A DNA stretch of 64,000 nucleotides, from NCBI GenBank assembly GCA_965198115.1, contig OZ240241.1, positions 5,472,001 to 5,536,000 on the forward strand, given 5' to 3'. This stretch comes from Candidatus Latescibacterota bacterium (lineage in GTDB: Bacteria; Latescibacterota; UBA2968). The position numbers and the translations under genes are program-made. The first letter of the stretch is position 1. Every line of letters starts with the position of its first letter. Below are positions 10,022-20,691 of the stretch, one piece after another. The notes beneath the pieces are model-generated. The model worked only from the letters and a program-made list of their open reading frames with translations. It did no database searches and was not told where the DNA came from.

Positions 10022-10216
10022 TTAATTCTCTTCGCCCACGAGCGCTTTCAGCCGTTCGATCGATTCGGCATCCGTGATCGGAATCGATCCCGCATTGTCC
10101 TCTCGACTCGTGAACACGGTCCATTTATTTCCACCGAGACTGGCCATAATCTGGACGATGTGGTCGGTGTTCACCAGGTGTTGCCCGAGCTCGGTTTTCA
10201 GTGTGATGTAGGCCAT
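10022..10216 (-). CDS. Small hypothetical protein (64 aa)
   Basis: GGAGGT RBS before ATG 10216; co-oriented with the epimerase. Confidence 0.6.
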   Translation of the reverse strand: MAYITLKTELGQHLVNTDHIVQIMASLGGNKWTVFTSREDNAGSIPITDAESIERLKALVGEEN

Positions 10217-10317
10217 CGTACCTCCGTGTAGATCGATGAGATAGCATCTTAGCAATAGTGCATATTAACGCCTGACCACCAGCATCGCACGATCATCGTC
10301 AGACGCGAGGATCACCG

Positions 10318-11337
10318 ATGGAAACCAACCAACTCTACATCGTCGAGCCGGGAAAAATCGAACTACAGAAAAAAGAGATCGACGAGTCCCTCGAGCCCCA
10401 TCAAGCCCTCGTCAGGACGGAATACTCTGTCGTCAGCGCAGGAACGGAAGGCGCGCGTTTTACGGGACTGGACCAGCAGATGCCGGCTCGGAACAGGAGC
10501 AGCTACCCACGATACACGGGCTATGGAAACCTCGGAGAAGTCCTCGCGGTCGGTGATGCCGTGGCGATGTGCGAACCGGGCGATCGCGTGCTCAGCTTCT
10601 CCCCCCACGGCTCCATCGTCAAAGCCGACGCCACACGTATGGCGTTGCCCGTGCCCAAAGACGCCGACGGCAAGCGTCTCGTCTTCTCGAGAATGGCCGG
10701 CGTCAGCATCAGCGCCCTTCGGTCGTCCTCGGTCCAGCCGGGTGACACCGTCGTCGTGATTGGAATGGGGTTGGTGGGCAATTTCGCTGCCCAATTGTTC
10801 AAAATGGCGGGCGCGGACGTGATGGCCGTCGACCTGTCCGATTTCCGGCTCGAAAAAGCGAGGGCGTGCGGCATCGAGCGAACCGTCAACTCCGGTCAGC
10901 AGCATCTTCTCGACACGGTCCACGAATGGACCGCGGGTAAAGGCGCTCACATTGTCGTCGAGGCCATCGGAATCAGCGAAGTCATCGACCAGGCGGTCAC
11001 GCTGACCCGACGCTACGGCGAAGTCATCCTGCTCGGGACGCCGCGGGCCCACGCGACCTTCAACGCCACCCCTATGCTTCTACGCATCCACATGGAAGCG
11101 ATTCGAATGATCGGTTCGCTCGAATGGCGCTGGCCGCAACACGAAACGGATCGGGTCCGCGACATCGAGACGAACTACCGCCAGATCACCGACTGGATCG
11201 CTAGCGGGCGGATCATCGCTGACCCTCTCCTGACGCATCTGGCCTCTCCCGCCGATTGTCAGCAGATCTACGAAGGCCTCACCTCAAACAAAGAAGAATA
11301 CCTCGCCGCGGTCTTCGACTGGTTACTGCTGTCCTGA
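10318..11337 (+). CDS. MDR-superfamily (zinc-binding-type) dehydrogenase
   Basis: VSAGTE, YPRYTGY and VIGMGLVG; the catalytic Zn Cys is absent. Confidence 0.85.
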   Translation: METNQLYIVEPGKIELQKKEIDESLEPHQALVRTEYSVVSAGTEGARFTGLDQQMPARNRSSYPRYTGYGNLGEVLAVGDAVAMCEPGDRVLSFSPHGSIVKADATRMALPVPKDADGKRLVFSRMAGVSISALRSSSVQPGDTVVVIGMGLVGNFAAQLFKMAGADVMAVDLSDFRLEKARACGIERTVNSGQQHLLDTVHEWTAGKGAHIVVEAIGISEVIDQAVTLTRRYGEVILLGTPRAHATFNATPMLLRIHMEAIRMIGSLEWRWPQHETDRVRDIETNYRQITDWIASGRIIADPLLTHLASPADCQQIYEGLTSNKEEYLAAVFDWLLLS

Positions 11338-11342
11338 CACAG

Positions 11343-11398
11343 AAAAAGGGGATCGCGAAACTCATCACGATCCCCGGCCGGGCATCACCCGTTTTTCT
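11343..11398. terminator. Back-to-back terminators between convergent genes
   Basis: AAAAA-GGGGATCGCGA..TCACGATCCCC (minus-strand terminator) and CGGG..CCCG-TTTTT (plus-strand). Confidence 0.65.
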
Positions 11399-11486
11399 GT
11401 TCGCAGCCGGAGGCTGCTCCTACCCGTCTACTACTGTCTACCGTCCACCCGTCCGAAGCGGTGCAGCCGCGAAGGCGGGTCAACCG

Positions 11487-12914
11487 CTACTGCAACAGCC
11501 TCCAAACCTGTGCAACCAGGAAGCAAACGACAAACCCCATCCCAACCGGCAGCAACGCGGAAATCGTCGTCCACTTCGGGCTCCGCGTCTCTTTCCAGAT
11601 CGTGTAGATCGTCGTCGAGCACGGATTGTGGATAAGACTGAACAACATCAGATTGACAGCCGTCAGAAGCGTCCAACCCCCAGCTGCAAAGATCGCAGCG
11701 GTCGCCGTTTCCGAATCCAGCTCGAACATCACGCCTGCGCCTTCACCCATCCCCGCCATCTTCGCGCTCAAAACCGTCAGCATCAGGATCGTCGGAACGA
11801 CGATCTCATTCGCGGGAATCGCCACCACGTAGGCAAGCAGGATCACGCCATTCAGTCCGAGTAACAACCCGAACGGGTGTGTGAAATCAATGAAGTGCTC
11901 GGCCAAGCTCGCTTCGCCAACCACGATGTTCGAAGATAACCAGATGACAGCACCCGCGGGCACAGCGAATATCACCGCACGCCACAGGACGATGAGTGTA
12001 CGATCGATGATCGACGTATAAATCGTTTGAAACACGCGTGGCGGGCGGTATGGTGGAAGCTCTAGACTGAACGCGGAGGCCTCCCCCCTGAGGATCGTAT
12101 GAGAAAGTACCCAGGATACGACAAATGTGAGCGTAATCCCTAAAACGGCCACACCGACGACCGCCCCTGCGGACAGGATACCCGCAAGATGGGCTGGCGC
12201 GAGTCCTCCGATGAAGATGGAGGCCACCAGAATCTGGGTCGGCCATCGGCCGTTACAGAGCGCGAAATTGTTCGTCACGATCGCGATCAAGCGTTCTCTC
12301 GGGCTGTCGATCACCCGGGTCGAGACGATCGCCGCTGCATTACATCCGAACCCCATACTCATCGTCAACGCCTGCTTCCCGTGTGCGCCCGCCTTCCTGA
12401 ACAGATTGTCCAGGTTGAACGCCACCCGCGGCAAGTAACCGAAATCCTCCAGAAGCGTGAAGATCGGGAAGAAAATCGCCATCGGGGGCAGCATCACCGC
12501 TATCACCCACGCCATCGCGAGATACACGCCATCGAGCAGGAAGCCGTCGATCCACCACGGAATGCCCAAATCGGCCGAACCCGCCTTGAGCGTCGTATGA
12601 ATGTTGTCGATCAGAAGCGTGGCCAACATACTCGATGGAAGATTGGCGCCCTCGATCGTCAACCAGAACACCACCGTCAGAATGCCCAGCATCATCGGGA
12701 ATCCCAGCCACCGGCTCGTCACGAGCCGATCGATCGTCCGGTCCAGATCGAACCAAGGCTGCTCCCCGGTTCGGGAGACGGCACGATCCGCGACCTGCGA
12801 GGCGTCCGTGTAAATCGTCTCCATCAGCGAATCGTGAAAATTCGGGCCCGCCTCCCAACGGATGGCGGCGGCTTCCGTTAAAATCTCCTCACCTCTGTTC
12901 TCAGCAACACTCAT
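11487..12914 (-). CDS. feoB: Ferrous iron transporter FeoB, membrane (gate) part
   Basis: [34 protein letters not shown] and HNPCSTT motifs. Confidence 0.9.
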   Translation of the reverse strand: MSVAENRGEEILTEAAAIRWEAGPNFHDSLMETIYTDASQVADRAVSRTGEQPWFDLDRTIDRLVTSRWLGFPMMLGILTVVFWLTIEGANLPSSMLATLLIDNIHTTLKAGSADLGIPWWIDGFLLDGVYLAMAWVIAVMLPPMAIFFPIFTLLEDFGYLPRVAFNLDNLFRKAGAHGKQALTMSMGFGCNAAAIVSTRVIDSPRERLIAIVTNNFALCNGRWPTQILVASIFIGGLAPAHLAGILSAGAVVGVAVLGITLTFVVSWVLSHTILRGEASAFSLELPPYRPPRVFQTIYTSIIDRTLIVLWRAVIFAVPAGAVIWLSSNIVVGEASLAEHFIDFTHPFGLLLGLNGVILLAYVVAIPANEIVVPTILMLTVLSAKMAGMGEGAGVMFELDSETATAAIFAAGGWTLLTAVNLMLFSLIHNPCSTTIYTIWKETRSPKWTTISALLPVGMGFVVCFLVAQVWRLLQ

Positions 12915-13729
12915 TGGGATACCTCCAGCGCCTCTTGCTCCGATGGCATGCCTCGATTTAAATCACCCAGTTCCCCCGTTCGAACAGCTTCGACGATACG
13001 CTTGTCGCCCTCCAGCAGACGCAGCGCCACCCACCGGGAGTTGGGAAGATCCGGAAACACCGACTCGATTTTTTCGACCAATCGACTGATCGCCTGACCC
13101 ATCGCCGGAGGCTCGTTCTCGAGTCGGTGGGGTTTGCAGATGACCTGCCCCGTCGCAACCTGCCCCAGGGTCTCGATCAGGAGTGGGATGCCTTCGTTCT
13201 GACGAGCCGCGGTGGGAACGACAGGCACGCCCAGGTCCCTCGCCAGCCTCCGGTCGTCCACCTGCAGGCCGTGCCGCTTCGCCTCATCCATCAAATTCAG
13301 ACAAACCACCGCGCGATCCGTGATCTCCAGCACCTGAAGAACCAGATTGAGATTCCTCTCCAGCCGCGTCGCGTCCACAACGATGACCGTCACATCCGGC
13401 TGCCCGAACAGAATGAAGTCTCGCGCGACTTCCTCGTCGAGACTCGTCGACAGGAGCGAGTAGGTCCCGGGCAGATCGACCAGCTTGTATCGCGACTCGC
13501 CATACGAGAAGCCCCCTTCGGCACGAACGACCGTCTTCCCCGGCCAGTTACCCGTGTGTTGCCGTAAACCTGTCAGTGCGTTGAACACCGTGCTCTTGCC
13601 CGTATTGGGATTGCCGGCCAGGGCGACCACGAAATCCCAATTCGACATGTTCACCCCGAGCTTGATCAGGTTCCCTGCGTGGTGCGCGGGGCAGGCTTCG
13701 CAACCTTCTGCCGTCATCTCAGTCGCCAT
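12911..13729 (-). CDS. feoB: FeoB N-terminal GTPase as a separate polypeptide
   Basis: [20 protein letters not shown] and NLMDE; ATGA overlap with the membrane part. Confidence 0.9.
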   Translation of the reverse strand: MATEMTAEGCEACPAHHAGNLIKLGVNMSNWDFVVALAGNPNTGKSTVFNALTGLRQHTGNWPGKTVVRAEGGFSYGESRYKLVDLPGTYSLLSTSLDEEVARDFILFGQPDVTVIVVDATRLERNLNLVLQVLEITDRAVVCLNLMDEAKRHGLQVDDRRLARDLGVPVVPTAARQNEGIPLLIETLGQVATGQVICKPHRLENEPPAMGQAISRLVEKIESVFPDLPNSRWVALRLLEGDKRIVEAVRTGELGDLNRGMPSEQEALEVSQ

Positions 13730-13730
13730 C

Positions 13731-14765
13731 TTAGTGAGCCTCCAACGTCCGATTAATCTGAATATGATCGGCTTGTTCTCTACGGAGGGCCACGGTAGCG
13801 CCTCGAATCCGATAAGCCGTGGGGTCGCCACTTGGACTCTTCATCTCCGCGTGTATCGCCGTACCTGGAAGAATACCCAGATCCATCAGCCGTCGGCGAG
13901 CCAATCCTCGACAACGACGGGAAATCCTGATGACCTCGCCCGATTCTCCCGGTCGCAGCACAGCCAGCGTATCCTGGAACTCTTCCTCTTCCTCCTCGAT
14001 CGGCCCGGGGGCGACAACCACGGCCACATTCGCCGCAATAATGGGCGCGAGAATGCACTCGGTCCCGTTCGCCCAGAAGCGCACTCTTTCTGGTGTTAGC
14101 TCGATCAGATCGAGGCGAACTCCCGGCTGCAATCCCTCCGCCACGATCTGAGCATACACCGCTTCGGGTTCATCCTCGACGTGCACGACCGTCACGGGCG
14201 ACCCGACCTCCGCCTCCGAAAGGGGCACACCCCGTTGCGGTGCGATTTCCCCATCGGCCGTCGGGATCGGATCTCCGTGCGGATCGTAGGCCGGATTCCC
14301 CATCTCAAAGGCCAGCTGGTCGACATCGTCATCGGCCAGGTCGTGTTCTCTTTCTTCGGCCAGTCGGTGCCAGTCCTCTTCTGTCACACCTGTCTCCTCA
14401 GACAGGTAGTGCTCCCAAAGCCTGTGGACGCGAATGATCCGAAGCGCATAGGATCGACCGATCGGCGTCAGATGGATCACCCCGCTTTCGGACTTCACCA
14501 GACCTCTTTCCTCAGCTCGAACCAACAGATCCGCAGCCTCATTCCGCGACACCTCGAGCGCTCCACCAAGGCTCTCCACGGACGCCGGTTGGTTCCGATA
14601 CTCGAAATTGTAAAGATGTTTCAACGCATCTTCCAGCAGCACACGGCCGCCCTGGCGTCGTACGCGTTGGGTCTGCCAGTAATAGCCACGTTGGGGCCAG
14701 AACAGAAGCGCCGCGACGAGCGCAATCGCAATAGCCACAAAAAGAGCCGTCAGAGGATCGGCCAT
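13731..14765 (-). CDS. DtxR/MntR-family metalloregulator with N-terminal TM helix and two FeoA domains
   Basis: [45 protein letters not shown] and [13 protein letters not shown]. Confidence 0.88.
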   Translation of the reverse strand: MADPLTALFVAIAIALVAALLFWPQRGYYWQTQRVRRQGGRVLLEDALKHLYNFEYRNQPASVESLGGALEVSRNEAADLLVRAEERGLVKSESGVIHLTPIGRSYALRIIRVHRLWEHYLSEETGVTEEDWHRLAEEREHDLADDDVDQLAFEMGNPAYDPHGDPIPTADGEIAPQRGVPLSEAEVGSPVTVVHVEDEPEAVYAQIVAEGLQPGVRLDLIELTPERVRFWANGTECILAPIIAANVAVVVAPGPIEEEEEEFQDTLAVLRPGESGEVIRISRRCRGLARRRLMDLGILPGTAIHAEMKSPSGDPTAYRIRGATVALRREQADHIQINRTLEAH

Positions 14766-14805
14766 CTCGATCTCCTACTCAAACACGATATAGGTTCTCA
14801 ATAAT

Positions 14806-14825
14806 TATTTAGGCGTACCTAAATA
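14806..14825. promoter_or_regulatory. DtxR/MntR-type operator palindrome
   Basis: TATTTAGG-cgta-CCTAAATA, 40 bp upstream of the regulator and overlapping the -10. Confidence 0.75.
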
Positions 14826-14851
14826 TAACAGGGATCGGCGGGGTCTGTCAA
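14822..14851 (-). promoter_or_regulatory. Sigma70-type promoter of the feo operon
   Basis: TTGACA-18 bp-TATATT with a TG extension. Confidence 0.6.
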
Positions 14852-15008
14852 GAAAGTCGGGAGCCCGGGACTCGGGGTACCGAACGCACGTGGGCTGTCT
14901 GTGAAACACAATGTCGTTTGCTACCACGTTGCCTGTCCTGAGCACCAGTCGAAGGGAACCATCCCAACGCCAATGCGTTTCACCCGATTCACTCGCGGGT
15001 GATCACTC

Positions 15009-15996
15009 CTATTGCACTACAACCGTCTCGCCCTGCTCGGCCGATCGCACGATCGCGTCGGCGACCTTCACGTAACGAAGACTCTGCTCGGGCTTGACGA
15101 TGAGCTCCGCCTCGCCACGGATCGCTTCGAACACATTCTGATAGAACGGGCGGCTCTGGAGATGGAACTCGGGGGGCTCGAGAATGAGCTCCTCGGTTAG
15201 ATCCTCGCCATCGCGCCGGATCTGAAGCGCGTACGGATCCTTCCGTCCGGTGACGAACACGTCCCCCTTCTCGAACGACACCTCGAAGCGGCGATAGTCC
15301 CTGATTCTCGACGCCTTGCTCATCTCCACGCGTGCTGTCGAGTCATCTGAGAAGGTGAGGAAGCAGTTGAAGTAGTCGTCCTCGTTCAGGATCGACTTCA
15401 GAACGCCCGAAACCCGAACCGGACCGTCTGGCGACATCGACAGGACCTGGTCGAGCAGGTGGGGACCGAACGACATAAACGGTCCCTTCCCCGTCCATCT
15501 GCTGCTGTCCGCCCACGTCTTCTTCCACGGCCCGCCCAGGTGTCTCGACTGAATCATATACAGCTTTCCAAGCTCCCCGCTCCGAAGAAGCTCACGAATC
15601 GCGACATAATTCGGATCCCATCGCCGGTTCTGGTGCGTCGTAACCACCAACCCATTCTCACGCCCCGTCTTCACTAGGTGTTCAGCTTCCTCCGGACTGA
15701 ACGACATCGGCTTCTCGGACACCACGTGCTTTCCCGCGGCCTGCGCCCGCACCGCCGTCGGACCGTGCAGAAAGTTGGGCAACGGAATCACCACCAGATC
15801 CAAACCGGGATGATCGAAGAACGCGTCCAGATCCGTGTAGCCCTTGCACAGATACGTGTCAGCGGAGTGCGCCAGCCGCTCTTCCCGTTCGTCCGCAAAC
15901 GGCGACGATCTCGCATTCATCCATTCCCGCCAGACAAGGCCCATGAAGTTCTTCGGAGATATTGCCCCAGCCTGCGATTCCCACACCAATGCTCAT
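15009..15996 (-). CDS. Gfo/Idh/MocA oxidoreductase (frameshift near 15897)
   Basis: The true N-terminus MSIGVGIAGWGNIS is in another frame; PNFLH, GKHVVSEKP and HQNRRWD follow. Confidence 0.85.
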
Positions 15997-16235
15997 TCAT
16001 TTACTCCAGGCAAAGAAGGCCAATTGAGATCTGCAGGATCAGGAGGCCAATGTCACCCCGGTACGTTCTTAGCCGGGATCATTCTGACTCTCGTGAAAGA
16101 GAAAACGGATCCCGGCTCAACTTGATTTTGGTGGGGTTCTACGGGCAACCCGGGCACCTCACCCAAGTCTTGCCTTCGGGTTCTGTTTTCCTTGGTGTCT
16201 TCGTGTCTTGGTGGTTCAAACCTCAGAGTCCACGA

Positions 16236-17002
16236 ATGGATAACCGACAGGATTTCTGGCAGGGCGAAAATCAAGGCGCCGTCTCGTTGACCTTCGACGA
16301 TGGAGTCAAAACGCACATCGACAACGCCATACCCACCCTCGATCGACACGACCTCAAGGGCACCTTCTACGTCAATCCCGGGCGTGGACCGAGGTGAGAC
16401 GCGTTCCTGACTGACTGGAAAAAAGCCAGCGTGAATGGCCACGAAATCGGCAATCACACCTGTGATCATCCCTGCTCGTGCAACTACGGGTTCCACGATG
16501 ACTACTGCCTCGAAAAGCTCGCATTACCCGACATCGCCGACACGATCGACCGAGCCACCGCCATCCTCGACGCCGAGTTCCCAGAACAGAACGGAAACCG
16601 TAGCTTCTGCTACCCCTGCTACCAGAGCCACGTGGGGTCCGGCGTCGACCGACAGTCCTACGTCCCCATTGTTGCCGAACGGTTCAAAGTCGGGCGGGGC
16701 GGTGGCGAGCGCTCCAACAATCCCGACCTCATCGACCTGTCCTACGCCTGGGCGTGGGCGGTCGAAGACGTCAGTGGCCAGGCCATCATCGACCACATCG
16801 AAAAGGCCGTCGATCAAGGCCAGTGGGCCATCATCTGTATGCACGGCATCGGGGGCGAGCACCTCGCCATCTCGACCGAGGCGCTCGACGAGGTTAGTGC
16901 CCACCTCACAGCTCATCGCAACCACATATGGACAGCCACGTCGATCACGTCGCCGACTACATCATCGATCGTCGCGCCGAGCTGAGCATCGTCGCCCCCT
17001 GA
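16236..17002 (+). CDS. Polysaccharide deacetylase (NodB-like), in-frame TGA at 16395 and probable 3' frameshift
   Basis: SLTFDDG, GTFYVN, GHEIGNHT, SFCYP and ICMHGI motifs. Confidence 0.8.
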
Positions 17003-17026
17003 AACCAGCCTGATACCCGTTTCCCC

Positions 17027-18067
17027 GTGATTCCTACCGTTACGCCCGAGTGGCTCACTGAAAGACTCCGCGAAATGGGCGCGCTCCCATCCGGCTCGGC
17101 CACCGGAGTCTGGCCGGGCGATCCTGAATCCGACGTCCTCCTCCCCTTCGAAGTCCTCTACAGTTCGGATGCTCCAGCCAACGCACCGCGGCATCTCCTC
17201 ATCAAAGCCAACACCAAGGGGGATAGCTACGGGGAATGCGAGGCCCGTCTCTACGGGGACATTCTTACCAACGAGTCGGATCCACCCGTCCCCCCGACCT
17301 ACGATGTCCGGTTCGACGCAAAGACTCGCAACAGCTACCTGCTCCAGGAAGACCTTCGTCCCACGCACCGACTCGCGGTGAGGGAGGACGCGCCACCCAC
17401 GATTGACGGTATCGGCGCCATCGTCGACCAGGTGGCGCGCGTCCACGCCCTTTGTTGGAACCGGTCCTTCATCGACGAGCCCCTCTTCGTCGAGCCTAGG
17501 AATGACATCATCGCGATGTCTCAGGCCACGTCGAGCGAGGGGCTCAGAGCGGCCACTGACGAAATCCTCCGGAATCAGCTGCCGCGGCTGTTCAAAACCG
17601 CCGAGGACCTGCCGGCCGAGTGGCTTTCCACCTGCAGACACGCGATTGAACGCTGGCCCGACCTCTATACCTCACGCATCGCGACAAGGAACCTCACCCT
17701 CATCCACGCCGATCTCCATCCCTGGAACGTCTTCGTACCGATCGACGGGAGTGGACCGCCACGCATCTTCGATTGGGAGCTCCTTTGTCGCGGTCTCGGT
17801 GTCTACGACGTGTCCTACCTGATCATTCGCTGTCGACTGGATCCTGAAACGAGACGCGAATTCGAAGCGGCATTCATTCCTCGTTACCACGAACGCCTCG
17901 TGACACTCGGGGTTTCGGACTACACCCTCGATGCGTGCCACGAAGACTACCGATTCTCCATCGTTCCGAACATTCTCCCCCCGCTCGCGTGGCAGCGACC
18001 GCACAATCTGGTCTCCACGATGGAAGCCTTTTCCGACTGGGACTGCGGGGATCTCGTCGGTGGATGA
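17027..18067 (+). CDS. Aminoglycoside/choline kinase-like phosphotransferase
   Basis: LLQEDL, LIHADLHPWN and IFDWE motifs. Confidence 0.85.
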   Translation: MIPTVTPEWLTERLREMGALPSGSATGVWPGDPESDVLLPFEVLYSSDAPANAPRHLLIKANTKGDSYGECEARLYGDILTNESDPPVPPTYDVRFDAKTRNSYLLQEDLRPTHRLAVREDAPPTIDGIGAIVDQVARVHALCWNRSFIDEPLFVEPRNDIIAMSQATSSEGLRAATDEILRNQLPRLFKTAEDLPAEWLSTCRHAIERWPDLYTSRIATRNLTLIHADLHPWNVFVPIDGSGPPRIFDWELLCRGLGVYDVSYLIIRCRLDPETRREFEAAFIPRYHERLVTLGVSDYTLDACHEDYRFSIVPNILPPLAWQRPHNLVSTMEAFSDWDCGDLVGG

Positions 18068-18515
18068 AAAAGAAATCGAGGGGATACGCGTAGGCGTCTA
18101 CGGCCTTGTCATCGCCGAAGAGCACATCCTGCTCGTACACTCTGACCGGGGACCGGACACGGGTCAGTGGAGCTTGCCCGGAGGTGGGATGGAACCGGGT
18201 GAAACGACCCTCAAGACCCTCGATCGGGAGATAGAGGAGGAAACCGGTCTAATTCAGTTGCCTGAACCCAGGCTGTTCACGACAATGTCCACAATCGTCG
18301 AGGGAGCATCCGTTTCAGGCAAAAGCCTGCAGCTGCTTGGCATCGTCTATCTCATCACCTTAGATCGCAGAATGACCGTCCTCGTACGGAATGTGGACGA
18401 GGACATCAGCGCCTGCGAATGGCAACCGATCGAGGATCTGGATCAGCTGAACATTTCAGCATTTGCCGGACAGGCCATCGACGATTTCCTGAAAACCAAG
18501 AGAGGCAATGAATGA
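18060..18515 (+). CDS. NUDIX hydrolase
   Basis: Nudix box GGGMEPGETTLKTLDREIEEETG. Confidence 0.85.
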   Translation: MDEKEIEGIRVGVYGLVIAEEHILLVHSDRGPDTGQWSLPGGGMEPGETTLKTLDREIEEETGLIQLPEPRLFTTMSTIVEGASVSGKSLQLLGIVYLITLDRRMTVLVRNVDEDISACEWQPIEDLDQLNISAFAGQAIDDFLKTKRGNE

Positions 18516-19291
18516 AACTATCGTGCTGCATCTGGGCACTCGGCGAACCTGAGGCGGTTGCTCACCGGAAACTGAAGGACCTCGGCTTCACAGCCTTCGA
18601 TATCCGTCCATCGCTTCTGCGTTCGGATGAGGCAGATACCTCTCGCAAAACGCTGGGCTTCGAACTCTGTTGCATCGCGCTCACTCACGAGCGGCCGGAA
18701 GGCGCCAAGATCGACACCGACGATGCGGATCGCGTGAAGCTGGCCATCGACCACGTCAAAGATGGCCTCGATCACGCCGCAAGTCGCGGAATCCCGTGGT
18801 CCTACGTCGTGCCCGAACCACCCGTCGACGATCGCACCCTGGAACGCTATGCCGAGCGTTACGCCGAAATCGCCGAACACGGGAGGGCACAGGGCGTCAA
18901 AGTCTGCATCGAACATTTCCCTGGCACCGCCTTTCCCACCGTCGCCTCCACACTCGACTTCATCGAGAGCGTGGGCCACGACAATCTGTATCTTCTGTTC
19001 GACATCGGTCACGCGCAGATGGCAGATGAAGATCCCCGCGCCGAGCTCACGGCCGCGGGCGATCGTCTAGGCTACGTCCATCTCGATGACAACGACGGGG
19101 TCGGGGACCTACACCTGGCCCTCACCGATGGCGTGATGACCGAAGATTCGTTGTCCAGCCTCTTCCAGGTCTTGTCCGACGTCGGCTACGAAGGACCCGT
19201 CAGCCTGGAGATGAAGGATAACCTGCCCGATCCGCTGGACGCCATCGACCGCAGCCAGCAGGTTGTCTGTCGACTCGCAAATGTCTCCTGA
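18512..19291 (+). CDS. Sugar phosphate isomerase/epimerase (xylose-isomerase-like TIM barrel)
   Basis: CIEH, FDIGH, YVHLDD, DLHL and SLEM motifs. Confidence 0.85.
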   Translation: MKLSCCIWALGEPEAVAHRKLKDLGFTAFDIRPSLLRSDEADTSRKTLGFELCCIALTHERPEGAKIDTDDADRVKLAIDHVKDGLDHAASRGIPWSYVVPEPPVDDRTLERYAERYAEIAEHGRAQGVKVCIEHFPGTAFPTVASTLDFIESVGHDNLYLLFDIGHAQMADEDPRAELTAAGDRLGYVHLDDNDGVGDLHLALTDGVMTEDSLSSLFQVLSDVGYEGPVSLEMKDNLPDPLDAIDRSQQVVCRLANVS

Positions 19292-19325
19292 ATAACTTAT
19301 TTATATAAGTTTACGTTTTTTCTCG

Positions 19326-19353
19326 TTAAAAGTGGCCCCGGGGCCACTTTTAA
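19326..19353. repeat. Perfect 28-bp palindrome between convergent genes (possible bidirectional terminator)
   Basis: TTAAAAGTGGCCCC|GGGGCCACTTTTAA. Confidence 0.8.
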
Positions 19354-19386
19354 GGCAGACTACTCCGAGACAGACTGTATCGAGGA

Positions 19387-20652
19387 CTATCTTATCCTGG
19401 TGCCGGCCTGGAAAACGGCGGCGGCCTGGCCCGCAGCCTCTATGTCCACGGTCGGGTCACCTCGAAGCGCGACGAGGTCGGCCACCTTCCCTTTTTCGAT
19501 CGTCCCGATCTCATCGGTGAGCCCGATCGCCTCCGCCGAAACTCGCGTCGCCGACAGCAGGGCTTCCGCGGGCGTGAACCCTACCTGCACGAACAATTCC
19601 AGATCGTAATCGAGATGACCGAACGCAAGGATCCCCACGCCAGAATCCGTACCCGGCAAGACGCGTTCCTTGATATCGTACTCCATCAGCTTCCGCATCA
19701 CGTCCAAACGTCCCTCGGCCCTTGCTTCCAATTGATGAAGCTCGACTTCTCCATCGTGGGACAGCGCGCCGATCTCGCGCTGGTTTCTCAATTCGACAAT
19801 CCGCGGGTACTTCGTCCAGGCCTGTAGTGTCGGGCTGATCCAGATTCTGGATTCGGCCATCATCTCCGCCAGTTTGGGATCGAACCGCATCTCGTCGTCA
19901 GGATCCAGAAACTCGGCGTGCTCCATCAGATCGATCCCGGCCTTGACCGCGTTGATCATCGACTCTCGAGCACGACAGTGGGCGGCCGTCGGTCGATCGT
20001 AGTTGTGGGCTTCGTGCACGGCGGCGTGCAGCTCCACCTCGGTATAGGACGCCCGACCCGGGACCGTCCCTCGCGTACCACCCCCCGAGGCCATAATCTT
20101 GATGTAATCGGCACCCTCGTGAACCAGCCGGCGAACTGATCGCCGAATCTCCTCTTCCCCGTCCGCTACCTCGTTACAGAAGTGAAAATGGCCACCCGTG
20201 CACGTAATAGGTCGACCACTCACCATCATCCTCGGTCCTGGGATGTATCCGCGTCCAAGTCCCTCCTTGAGTGCAAAGCCGACGCGGTTACGCGCACCGT
20301 GTTCGCGAATCGTCGTGATGCCCGCGTGAAGGTGCTTGAACATATTCATCGCACCCGTCACGACCATCATCTCGTCCGACTCATTGAACATCTCGTCATA
20401 CGATCGGCCATCACCCGCCAGACTCAGATGCGTGTGACCGTCGATCATCCCCGGTGCGAGCGTCGTTCCTTCCAACCGAACCTCGACCGTGTCGTGAGGA
20501 CAGTCTTTCCGAATCGCGTCGACGGGACCGATCGCATCGATGCGATCGGCGGACACAAGCACACCCAAACCGGTCTTCACGTTCCCGTCAACGCCATCGA
20601 ACACCCTGTCGGCAATGATCAATTGTGGATGCGCCACCTTCGGATACATCAT
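19387..20652 (-). CDS. Metal-dependent amidohydrolase (prolidase-like subgroup)
   Basis: PGMIDGHTH, TGGH, IKIMASGG, AAH, MEHA, GTDSG and GKVADLV motifs. Confidence 0.88.
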   Translation of the reverse strand: MMYPKVAHPQLIIADRVFDGVDGNVKTGLGVLVSADRIDAIGPVDAIRKDCPHDTVEVRLEGTTLAPGMIDGHTHLSLAGDGRSYDEMFNESDEMMVVTGAMNMFKHLHAGITTIREHGARNRVGFALKEGLGRGYIPGPRMMVSGRPITCTGGHFHFCNEVADGEEEIRRSVRRLVHEGADYIKIMASGGGTRGTVPGRASYTEVELHAAVHEAHNYDRPTAAHCRARESMINAVKAGIDLMEHAEFLDPDDEMRFDPKLAEMMAESRIWISPTLQAWTKYPRIVELRNQREIGALSHDGEVELHQLEARAEGRLDVMRKLMEYDIKERVLPGTDSGVGILAFGHLDYDLELFVQVGFTPAEALLSATRVSAEAIGLTDEIGTIEKGKVADLVALRGDPTVDIEAAGQAAAVFQAGTRIR

Positions 20653-20691
20653 CTCTCGAGCCTCCGTCCTACAGGGATAGACATCTGATCC

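Noticed and set aside
14931-14955. GCCTGTCCTGAGC..GTCGAAGGG as a REP-like element
   Set aside because: It resembles repeats I associate with other bacteria, but there is a single copy here with no inverted partner, so it is unsupported.
16395-16397. In-frame TGA in the polysaccharide deacetylase as a second selenocysteine
   Set aside because: The context (GPR*DAF) fits Trp rather than a redox Cys, and no good hairpin follows. More likely a TGG-to-TGA error or nonsense mutation.
19285-19320. dif (XerCD) site in the AT-rich patch
   Set aside because: No match to the TTATGTTAAAT XerD arm with the 11-6-11 layout.
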